From assembly GCF_009914755.1 (NCBI RefSeq), contig NC_060938.1: 64,000 nucleotides of DNA. One strand, 5' to 3'. Shown here one piece after another: positions 53,730-64,000 of this stretch (position 1 is its first letter; the number at the start of each line of letters is the position of its first letter). A model generated the notes under the pieces. That model worked only from the letters and a program-made list of their open reading frames with translations, was not told the origin of the DNA and did not search any database. The stretch is from the human T2T-CHM13v2.0 reference genome, Homo sapiens. Both the position numbers and the translations under genes were made by a program.

Positions 53730-54818
53730 AGCCGTAAAACAAAGATTTATTCAGTTTCAGCCGGCCAGTTCAATGGCGCAGCCCCGTAAGACCAGGAAAA
53801 AAGAAACATCTGGCCAGAAAAGTACACTTGTTTACAAAAAAAAAAAAAAAAAAAGGCTTTAAGACTCTTCTCCAGCCTCACCAAGTTCTTGGACTAAAAT
53901 TAGGCTGAAAATTAAAAACAATGTCGAATCTGAAGAGTACAAGGCAAATACAGGCAGGAGAAAGAACATCTTGTTTCTTCCTTATCCAGCTGCCTCTGGC
54001 TGGGGGTCCCCCGAGCACCCCGGGGAGCCGCCCTGCCCTGGTAGGTAGCCCCCTCGGGGACCGCACAGCTGTGGTGCTCCCTGAACAGGTGACGGATGTG
54101 GCCTCTGCTCCAAGACCAAACCCTTTTGTGGGGGAGGGTGTTTTCTGCAGAGGATACTCAGAGAAGGGAGAGGGCCGTGTTTGGCTGCTCCTGATGATAA
54201 AACGCCACTCTCCAGAGCTCAATGTAAACAGCGGTAGTGCTGCTGGCACTAAGATACTGAGGCGGCCCGTGCTGGGGGATGGGGTGTTGAGGGACGGGTA
54301 CATCTTGAGAGGCGTGGATGACAACTGTTTTGTAAGGAAGGAAGCCTGTGCTGGCAGTGAGGCTCTTGGCCTCAGTCGGGAAACTCAACTTCTTTTCCAG
54401 GCCTGCTATTGACTCACGGAGGACATGCAGGCCAAGCTCTCCTTGCTCAAGTTCCCCCTCCATCCCCCACCATGTATGCAATGGCAGGCGATGGGAATCA
54501 CAGGACTCAGCCAGTGCCTTCCGATCTCCCTGGGATGCTAAAGGGATTAATGGGTCAAGGTTGGAAGATGCTTTGAACTTCTTGGCACGGAGCTGCCTCC
54601 AGTACAGTAATTAATAAACCTCCCCAAAGAGGTGGATTAGGGTCACAAGTCACCCAGAGGCTCAGGGAATAGAGCCGGCCAGGCTTCGTGGCTGGGTCGC
54701 AGGAGCGGATGGGGAAGGACACGGCATCTGAAGTCTGCACCCTGTGTGCAGGCAGCCGTGGTGCCAACAGATGTCCTTGGGTTCCTGGGCTGTGCCTGTT
54801 AACAGCCCAGACTTACAC
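53730..54818 (-). ncRNA. Candidate terminal exon (~1.1 kb) of a minus-strand transcript
   Basis: Strong acceptor TTTCATTTCTGCTTTTTTCACAG| at 54819; U19 run, UGUA elements and AATAAA at 53746-53751; repeat-free. Confidence 0.45.
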
Positions 54819-56869
54819 CTGTGAAAAAAGCAGAAATGAAATCCTGACCCCAGAGCAGAGCAGAGGCAGCCGCCCGACGTCACCCCAGTTAACGGTGAAG
54901 CAACATTCGTGGGAGTTGGAGATGACATTTCTAATGGCAAAGAAGGTGCTGACCAGACGTTTAACCACGAGTAACACTGTCCCTCTGCCGTCTTCAGCGT
55001 GGGCCTGGAAATCTTTGACAAACCTTGAGCAATCGGGACCTGGGGGTTCCCACATCCCATCAGAAGGATGACATTTCTGGAAACCTTGTACCGGGGGATA
55101 CCAAGTGGAGAAGATCATTAACTGGGGCATAAACAAGTCCCTGAAAGTCTCCTCAGCATGTTTTCCTCCTCTGTAGGGTGGTGGGGCTGGACTAAGCGTG
55201 GTGCTCCTGAACCACCCAGGCATATGTCGCTTACCCCTCTCCATGGTGGCAGCGCCTGCTTGTGGACGGTGACCTTTCTGCTGTCCTCCAGAGCCTGCAA
55301 AGCTGTTGGGAACTTGTAAGTCCTGATACCTTGCTGGGCTTGAGGAGGTCAGCCATCACAGATAAGCAGAATGAGGCATGACGTGAGCCGGGCTTGTCTG
55401 TGACTAGGTCCACACGGTGCTCCAAGACTGTTCCTGCCCACACATTTCCAGCGCTTCCACGTTTTTCCCAGGGCATCTCAAAATTCCACTCCTGTGCCAC
55501 CGTTCATTCAGGCAGGGACACAGAAGCTGTACTCCCTCCACCTGAGGCTGTCTAACCATGGGCTGGCCTGGCAACTGGCACCTGGGACCTGATGCTGTGC
55601 TCTCTGCACCCTGGTTTGCACCGAACACATCTATCCAGTGAGTCTTGGGCTTTGGTTCCTCAGGGAGCCTTTTCAGATGAACCTCAGCCACGGTCTCATC
55701 GACAAATCCCTCCTAAAACCCTCTACCGTTACAAAAGGGGCTACTCCAAAAGGGGCTGTGGCCTTTGGGCCACAAAGTTCATGCCCACCCATAAGGCATA
55801 CCCAGCATGCAACTCCCCCTCCTCACGGCCACCCCATCCATGGCTCTGAGAGGTTCCTCGCCCTGCCCCAACCAAAATGTGTTCACATGCATAGAAAGAG
55901 CATCCAACGAGGATTTCTGATTTGTCCTAAATATCTGGGTGTGTCCTGCCCCCTTATGATATTACAGTCGGTGGGTGCTACCCTTCAGCTGCATCTGGGG
56001 GCACAGGCATCACTAAGGTTGGGGTCTCACTGCACACTCTATGCACATCAGCACCAAGTTTGGCCCATTAATCCCCCACACCCTGTGAGGTAGACATCAT
56101 CACCCCCATCTAACTTAGGGACCCTGAGGCTCAGAAAAGCTACCCAAAGTCTCCCAGCCATACATGTCCAGAGTCTGGACATGAACCCCTCCTTATAACC
56201 CGAGGGCACACCCTTGCCACCGGCCACCTTCTCCCCGACCTGCCAGTGAGATGGCAATGTCTGCCCCTCAGGTTCCTCCAGCAGGCCCACAGTGCTCACT
56301 CCACCCCTCACATCCTGACCACTGCCTTGGCCTCCCGCGGCCTCCACTCTGCTCCGCACTCACACACGCAACCCTGCTGACCCTCGGCACCCCATCTCCT
56401 CCTGAGACTCACATATTAGCTTCTCACAGGACGGCTCCTGTGGTTGCTCCTCATGACCTCATGTGTCCCACATCCAGGCCTGGGGCACTCACCAGCTCCT
56501 GTAGCCTCCATCTCTGGGCAGGACGGTGCCATCTGCCTGGTCACCAGAACTTGCTACCTCGGTGCCACCTTTCCCTACCCACTTCTCCCAGCCCACCCCA
56601 TCCGCCATGTCCACACCCATGTGATCTCCAAGCCTGCCCCCTCTGCCTCTTACCATCCCCAATCCGTCTTCTCCTTTCCATCCCAGCTTCTCACAGGAAT
56701 GACCATTTCCCGCTCCCCTACCCTGCCCCCAGGCCAGTGCCAGAGCAGTCCATCTCAAATGCTGTATCTGCATCCTCTAGCAGGCACCCGACCCAGGACC
56801 AGGAGCACAGCAGTTGGCCAGCACTGAATGAATGAGGGCATCTGCTGAGTGAATCACCACGTTTTCTCC

Positions 56870-57480
56870 TCCCAACACCCAGTGGCTGTATGACTGTCCA
56901 TACCCACCAACAGCACACAAGGTTCCCTTTCCTCCACATCCTCACCAACACTTGCTGTCTTTCATCTTTTTGATAAGCCATTCGAACAGGGCAGGTGATG
57001 TCTCACTGTGGTTTTAATTTGCATTTCCCTGATGGTTTGTGATGACAAGCATTTTTTTTTTTCATAGATCTGTTCACCACTTGGATGTCTTCTTTTGAGA
57101 AATATCACTTAACATGTGGAGTCTAAAAAGAGTCCTAGAAGTAGAAAGCAGAATGGCGGTTACCAGGGGCTGGGAGATGGGGCAAGGGGAGAAGGTCAAA
57201 GGATACAAGATCTCAGTTAGATAAGACATATAGGTTTCAGTGATCTATCGCACAGAATGCTGACTAGAATAAATACTAATGCATTGTATATTTCCGAATT
57301 GCTAAAAGAGAAGATTTGAAATGTTTTCACCACAAAAGAAGATCGGTATGTGAGGTGAAAGATTATTGATTAGCTTGATTGAAACATTTCACAATGTAAA
57401 CATATATCAAAACATCAGATTGTACCTCATAAATATATAATATATACAGTTATTATGTGTCAATTACCAAAACTAACCAA
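56870..57480. mobile_element. L1MA-like element with an inverted 5' segment
   Basis: 56870-57105 is the L1 ORF2 end in minus orientation; 57106-57480 is an L1MA-type 3' UTR in plus orientation ending TATGTGTCAATTACCAAAA. Confidence 0.75.
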
Positions 57481-58049
57481 CAGCTGCGTTGCCCTGAAGG
57501 CGGGGCCTGGATCCTCAGTGTGGCCTCAGGTACCCCCGTGACCTGGCACCTGTCTCCCTCACCCTCCCCTCCACAGATGCTGCCTCGGGCCCCCCCAGAT
57601 TTCCCCGTCTACTGTCTACCTCACACACCACGCTGCGCACGCAGCTCCTCTGCCTGGGGCCCATCCTCACCTCCCTGTTGCTGTCCATCATCCTTCATGC
57701 CCAAGAGCCCTCCCCACCCCCACCCCTGCTGTGGTCAGTTTTGTGGACCTTCCTGAAGGATCGCTCCTCCCCTGTACCGACCTTGCCAAGCAGGTCCACA
57801 CTGCACACTGCCTGGGACCCGGGCTAGGGACCTGCAGACTGGAGGCCCTCGAGGGTGTGCGGGCGTCCAGGTCCCCGCCTGCCTTCCCAGCAAACGGCTA
57901 GTGAGATATAGCCCAGGGACAAAAAGCAGAATCCCTGCCCCCAGCATCCCACAGGCCCTGGGAAGGCCCTCACTGCAGGTCTCCGAGCTGGAGCAGGGCT
58001 TTCTGCCTTGGCTGGCTGGAGGGCCAACAAGTGCCCTTCCTTTGAAATC

Positions 58050-59010
58050 ACTTTGTTTATGTGTGTTAAAGGCCAATGTTCTCCAGTTATCTCTAAGCAG
58101 TTTCCATCTTACAATGAATTACTGCTCTCAAATGGAAAGGCCGGGGGAGTGCCAGCGTAGCCCAAACGCGGCCCAAATCGCTTTGCCCTCTGAACTGCTT
58201 GTTTCAGTGTTGGCCTCAGCAGCCTCCTCTGCCAGGTCTGCGCGCTGCAAAGTTCATTTCTAACGTTGTGATGCTTTGGAGAGCCACAGACAGCTGCTCC
58301 GCCTGGCTCCTGCCCTGGGCTCCGGGGGCTGGGCCTGACCGTTCTAACTAAGTGAGTGTGGCCGAGATCGCCTCATTGGCGCCTTTCTCACTCATCTGTA
58401 TTTTCTCCAGTCCTTTCCAGATGCATTTGCCACGGCCCTGTACAAGGGTTGGAAGGGGAGAGGGAGCCATAAATCATCTGCCCCACAGTCCTTATGAAAA
58501 TATTAAAAATGCTCAAAATAGGTGTGGGCGGAGGCCAGTGAGCGGCAGGGCCAGCCCAGGGCAGCGTCACGAATAGGAGCTTCCCAGGCCGAATCGGAGC
58601 TCCCCGAAGGCTCCATCCTCGTAAATCAGCCTGGCCTCCGCTTCTCGCTGGCACTTCCCGCTCCGGCTTGCACGAGGGTGAGGGGGCTGCTGCTGGCCGG
58701 GTGGGATAGGGGCCTGGCTTAGCCTGGCCGGACACCCGAGGCCACAGACCCAGGCAACCCCACACCCCACGCACAGTCCGGGGATTACGCAACCTCGTCT
58801 TGATGTGACCAGAGAACACCATGTACAGGCAAAGCCCAGCCCCTCGGGCCCGCAGAAGACAAATAGCAGGGAGGAAGGAGCATAGGTGCTGCCCCGGGCA
58901 GGTCCGATTTTCCACCATGGGCCTCGGCTGCCGGCGAGTGGCCGTGCTGGGGGGCTCGGCCCCGCACGTATATGGGGTGCTGGCAGGAGCTCCACGTGCT
59001 CTGAGACATC
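58050..59010. promoter_or_regulatory. CpG-rich, repeat-free block; candidate promoter or enhancer
   Basis: Visibly elevated CpG density, GC box GGGCGG near 58526 and CACGTG near 58993; no repeat similarity recognised. Confidence 0.45.
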
Positions 59011-59659
59011 CCCCCTGGGTCTTGTCAGACTTCATCAGGGTGAGGCGGCTGGTGGGGGAGGATGAGAAGAAAGGACTTGAGGGTGGGGATTTGTGCCTGA
59101 TTCCCACTTAATCGGGATAAGCTGCTTGGAGAAAATGGGCTGTTATAATCTCTCCTTTCATGTCTGGCCAGGAATGTTGCTACTCTACGCAGAGGGCGGC
59201 ATCCAGGCTCCTAAGCCAGCTCAAGAGAGCCCAGGGGTCAGCTGTCCCAACATGACTCCGGCCATGGCTGGGGAAGGTCTCTGCCAGGAGAAATGGTACA
59301 AGTGGAATAAACAAGGAGGCAGCCTGCAGAAACAGGCCTGCACCACACCAGCCGCCAGGAGCTCTGTCTGCATTCCTGGAGTCGGAAGCCACCAAGAGGC
59401 AGGGCCCGGGCTTCAAGACAACGGCTCCTTACCCTCCGCATCCTAGACTCTCCTCCTCACACAGCACAGAGGCGTTTGAGCTACCTGGGACCAGCAGGTA
59501 GCTGTGCCTGCCAGCCCTCAGGGCCCTGACACAAACCCCAGCCAGCAATGTGCCTCTTTTGTAAGAGGGGACTTCCCAAAGAGCCTCCCATCCCTTCAGT
59601 CCTGATGCCTAGTCATGCCAAGATCCCAGGACGACGGGGGTGCGGAGGCTGTTTGGAGT

Positions 59660-59848
59660 CTGTGTGACAACCCAAGCGTGACCCCCAGAATTGCAGCTGA
59701 GTGGCTGTGTGACAACCCAAGCGTGACCCCCAGAATTGCAGCTGAGTGGCTGTGTGACAACCCAAGCATGACCCCCAGAATTGCAGCTGAGTGGCTGTGT
59801 GACAACCCAAGCGTGATCCCCAGAATTGCAGCTGAGTGGCTGTGTGAC
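59660..59848. repeat. 45-bp minisatellite, 4 copies plus a partial
   Basis: Unit TGTGTGACAACCCAAGCGTGACCCCCAGAATTGCAGCTGAGTGGC at 59661, 59706, 59751 and 59796. Confidence 0.97.
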
Positions 59849-59926
59849 CCTGGCACGTGGCTGATGTCCTCATCTCATGTGGCAGGACGAGTAGATGCAC
59901 ACACGGTTGAAAGTTGGTCATTTCAA

Positions 59927-60229
<303 letters not shown>

Positions 60230-60284
60230 TCAGAAAGAGTGGACTACAGATCAAATCCAGTAGAGTTCCCCCCTCTAGACCTCA

Positions 60285-60535
60285 CCTAAGTCAAATTTGC
60301 AGACACAGAGGGCGATTGGTGTCTCTCAGGAGCAGAGGGAGGGGAGGATGAGTTAATGTTAACAGAGAGAGTGTCAGTTTGGGAAGACGAAACATTCTGG
60401 AGATGCGTGGTGGAACGTATGTGTACTTAACGCCACTGTACTGTACACTGAGAATGGGCAAAATGGTAAATCCCATGTTAGATATATTGCACCACAACAA
60501 AAAACTCAAAACAAAGAAAGGGTGGACTACACTTA
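60285..60535 (+). mobile_element. L1MB-like 3' tail
   Basis: GTCAGTTTGGGAAGACGAAACATTCTGGAGATG...GTACTTAACGCCACTG...ACCACAACAAAAAA. Confidence 0.75.
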
Positions 60536-62512
60536 TATATAAACACGACCTTGTTTGCAGAATTTAATTCATAATATATATAAACTGTGTAAAAATTGCA
60601 TAAACATATTTAAAGTTTTAAACATAACAAAAACAATAACAAAGATTGAGAAGCTGGGTGGTGTCGGGGCGAGTCTGAGCCAAACCTCGTCTTTTCTAGT
60701 GTGTTTTGTTGGGGGGTACACAAATGGGTTTAAACAGCTAAATCAGCACCCAGGACAAATATTTCAATTAGCGCTATGGGAGAAACTCATCAGAAGAATT
60801 GAGCCCAGAGTGGCGTGGGGCTGGAGTAGGGTGGGAGAACTGGCGTCACCCCTTATACCTTCCTGCAGTATATAGCTAACATTTGATGATTACTAAATCA
60901 TGTCTGCACATCACTTCACAATAACTTCAAACAGCTGCGATTCAATCACCCATGAAACGAGCTAAAACTTTCTCCAACAGAGACTTTAAAATCTTCAGGC
61001 AACTAACTTCTCTTCCAGGTGTTCCTGGTCTTGGCTTCCTGAGTTTGAACCTACAGATGTTTCTGACTTGAACTGGGTCCCCCACCGGGTTTGCAGCCTC
61101 AGGTGAACGGAGGACACAGTTTCCTTATCCCTCTGGGTGCCTTGTGTCCTCACCCTCTCCACCTCGCCATCCCTCTCCCCTCCGCATCGACTCCTCCTCA
61201 CTCTCCAAGACACAGCTCTTGGGGAAGGAGGGCTGTAGCCCCAGCAGGATCCAGTCCCCTGGCTCCAGCCCCAGCAGGAGAAGCCCTGGGGAAGTGCAAA
61301 GGCAAACAGGAGTTTGCACACACACAGCCTAGGGAGCACAAGGCAGCCCCCGCTGCTGGGAGCCAGGAGGATGGAGGCCAGCCTCAGAGGATGAAAGCAG
61401 AGGTGTGGAGAAGAAGAGCGGGTGAGGGGAGGGCTCCGGGAGCTGATGGAAAGAGAGCCTGCTCCTGTGGCTCTCCAGACCCTCCCTTGCCCAACCCCCC
61501 TCCTCCTCCTTCCAGCCCCTACCTCCCCCTCCGCACTGCCTCCATGGGCACAGCAGGCATGCGATTAATATGCACAGCCAACTGAGGCCTGTGGCACCGT
61601 CCTGTGTCTCTGTGACTGGACAGTTGCCATCACACTGGACGCGGGGCGGTCCACGCTGCTGTGGGGCCTGCTTAGTGTGTGCCCACGGAGGGTCAGGGCA
61701 TCTGTCCAAATCCGTCTCACACTGTGCCCTGGGTTCCACGTGGAGGGCGAGCGGGTTTCTCCAGCACCCCTCGTGCACATCAGTGTTCTGTGCTGATCCC
61801 TGCTGGGCAGTTTTATGCCCCGGTTGCCATTGGGTGGGCACGTGGCTGTCCTTAGTGTAGCAATGACTCTGAATTCTTCGGTACGATCACAGGAGCCATA
61901 CACAGCTTCCTGCCCACAGGGAGCTCCTGGACATGGGGAGGCAGACGCCAAGGCAGCAGGCATGGCCCAGTAAACAGAGGGAAGTGACAGGGCTGGGCAT
62001 GAACACAGGCGGAATTTGGGAAGCCTCTGTGACGATGCACTTTTAGTGGTCAGTGTCCCTCTGCTGCGCCCCTTGGTCAAATATCTAATGACGTGCACAT
62101 GCATAGGGCATGAAATCATAAAACCAGACAGGGCTGTGGGATGCCCATATACAAGCCAACTTCCTTTCTTCACAAATAAGCTCAACACGTGCTCAGAATG
62201 CTTATGTGGCCCGGCCCCAGGTAGAAAGCTGGTGAGGACCACGGCCTTAGACACACATTTACATATAAACCACTGTGTGCGGAGACAGGCTCTTCTCTTC
62301 TCTATTTTCCCTGAGGCAGGGACTGGGACCCTTAATTATACGTAAGAAAAATGGAAGGTGCAGGCACCGCCCTTGCTTACCTCTGTCCTAAGGGCTGGTG
62401 TGGGGAGCAGCACTCACCCCACTGCCTGCCTCCCTCCTGGGCCTTCGGTGCCCAGCAGTTGTTCCCGTTGAGAACCAGAAACATTTTGTCACACAAACAC
62501 CACATGGTCCCC

Positions 62513-62877
62513 TGTCTTAATCCGTTCCTACTGCTGTAACAAAACATCTTGGGATGGGTGATTTCTAAATCATTGGTATTTATTTATCACCATTCTGGAG
62601 ACTGCAAAGTCCAAGATGAAGGCACTGGCAGAGGCAGCATCTGGAGGGGCTGCTCTCTGCTTCCGAGGTGGCGCTTGTCCCAGGTCCTCACGGACGAAGG
62701 GGCGGAAGAGACAATCAGGCTCCCTGGAGCCGTTTCATAAGGGTACTGATGGCATTCGTGAGAGTGGAGCCCTGAGGACCTAATCACTTTCTAAAGGCCC
62801 CATCTCGTAAGACTATTGCATTGGGGATTAAGTTTCAACATGAATTTTGGAGAGACACAAACATTCTAGCCATAGCA
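62513..62877 (-). mobile_element. MaLR LTR (MLT1A/MSTD-like)
   Basis: TGTCTTAATCCGTT...TTCTGGAGACTGCAAAGTCCAAGATGAAGGCA...TTGGGGATTAAGTTTCAACATGAATTTTGG...CATAGCA. Confidence 0.85.
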
Positions 62878-63379
62878 CCCTCTAAACTCAGAGTTGGGTG
62901 CCTCTAATTTTCCTTACAGCAAGCATTGCCTGTGGACACTTACCAAGTGGCCAGCTGGCCAGAGAACTCATGCGCCAGCCAAGAAGGTCCGTGAAGAGGG
63001 CCTCGTGAACCCCCAGGGAACAGCCGCCAATGGCAAGACTTTTTCTGCATCCCCGCCCGGTGGACTCTGTCAGGCCTCACCCTCCTCACCCTCTGGCTTC
63101 ATGCTGTTCCCTGGCAGTGGTGTTTTTTTGTTGTTGCATTCTTTCTTCCCAGCATTTAAGGATGAATTAAATTCTTTTCCTTTTTTTCCTGATGCAAAAT
63201 AATAACAACCCAGAAAGGAAAAAAAAAATCCAGCTGATGAAAACTCCTGATGTGTCTAATAAATCTTTTCAAAGCATATTTGGAATTGGCCAGTCCAGTC
63301 GGGCACAGGACATGCTGCACTGGGGTGAGCGGCGGCCAGGCCGAGAGAAGGTGGCCCGTGGCGTGGCTGGGCCCGGAGT

Positions 63380-63510
63380 CCAGTTCTGCCACTTAGATCC
63401 GTATGGCCTTAAGCACACCCCTTATGTTTTGGGATCTCAGTTTTCCTCACTTGTAAAATGGAAATACCCATGGCCACCTCCCAGGCGGTGGTGAGGATGA
63501 AACACCCCGT
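63380..63510 (-). mobile_element. MIR fragment
   Basis: TCTCAGTTTTCCTCACTTGTAAAATGG...GTGGTGAGGATGAAA core. Confidence 0.6.
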
Positions 63511-64000
63511 GCATTGTAGGCCTCCATTATAATCACAACCTCTGCCCGCTAGTAAGTCCCAGTGAATGAGGCCACCAAAGCATCCTCAAAGCCTGGAATT
63601 AAGAATGCGTCAGAGATGACCTGCAGGGCATGTACTTGTATCCCTGATTTGCAAATAACTCAACTGCGCCTCAAAGAGGTTCAGAAACAAGCCCAAGGCC
63701 ACAAAATCAGAGAGTCTGAAACCACAGCCTCCTGCTTGGAAGCCAGCAATCTTTCCACGTCAGCTCGTCCTCGCCACCACATGAATTTCCTTTCTCCATA
63801 AGCCTTAAAGGAGCAGGAAAGGACTCACCGGGATGCCATTTCTTCCTCCTTCATCGCCCTCTCCCAGACCTCATCCAGAACCACACCAGGCTTCCTGCGG
63901 CCACTCTGAGAAGGACCAGGGCTCCCGGGGATGCTAGGGAGGAAGGCACCCAGCACTGGTTTCCTTTCTCCATCTCCAAGGTCACAACACTGGCCATGCC

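Noticed and set aside
53836-53854. A19 run as the tail of a processed pseudogene
   Set aside because: No TSD or upstream plus-strand AATAAA was seen; it fits better as a U-run in a minus-strand 3' region or a simple repeat.
58388-59107. 239-aa ORF as a protein-coding gene
   Set aside because: No recognisable domain, composition typical of GC-rich chance frames, and many overlapping ORFs on both strands.
61565-62254. 229-aa ORF as a protein-coding gene
   Set aside because: Non-ATG start, no recognisable motif, GC-rich context.

Overview
This is repeat-rich primate (human-like) genomic DNA, not a prokaryotic window. Almost all ORFs in the supplied track are chance frames or repeat-derived. 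Bases 1-4823 hold a deleted HERV-H provirus on the minus strand (LTR7-type 5' LTR, tRNA-His PBS, gag/pro/pol remnants) that runs off the left edge and is nested in a MER4A-like LTR next to an old L1. Bases 9231-17701 hold a two-LTR class I provirus of the HERV-IP/LTR10 group with a 4-bp TSD, AP-1-bearing tandem repeats in both LTRs, decayed gag-pro-pol-env and a ~1 kb non-coding AT-rich insert inside pol. The rest is Alu, L1, L2, MIR, MaLR, MER52 and Tigger3a elements, two minisatellites (71 bp and 45 bp) and a diverged local duplication. Unique sequence carries splice-site and polyA signals suggesting one or two minus-strand spliced, probably non-coding transcripts (~19.1-26.1 kb and ~53.7-55.3 kb) and a CpG-rich regulatory-looking block at ~58-59 kb. 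I recognise no intact cellular protein-coding gene and found no convincing novel biological system. Repeat subfamily names are from recognition of consensus features and need Dfam/RepeatMasker confirmation.
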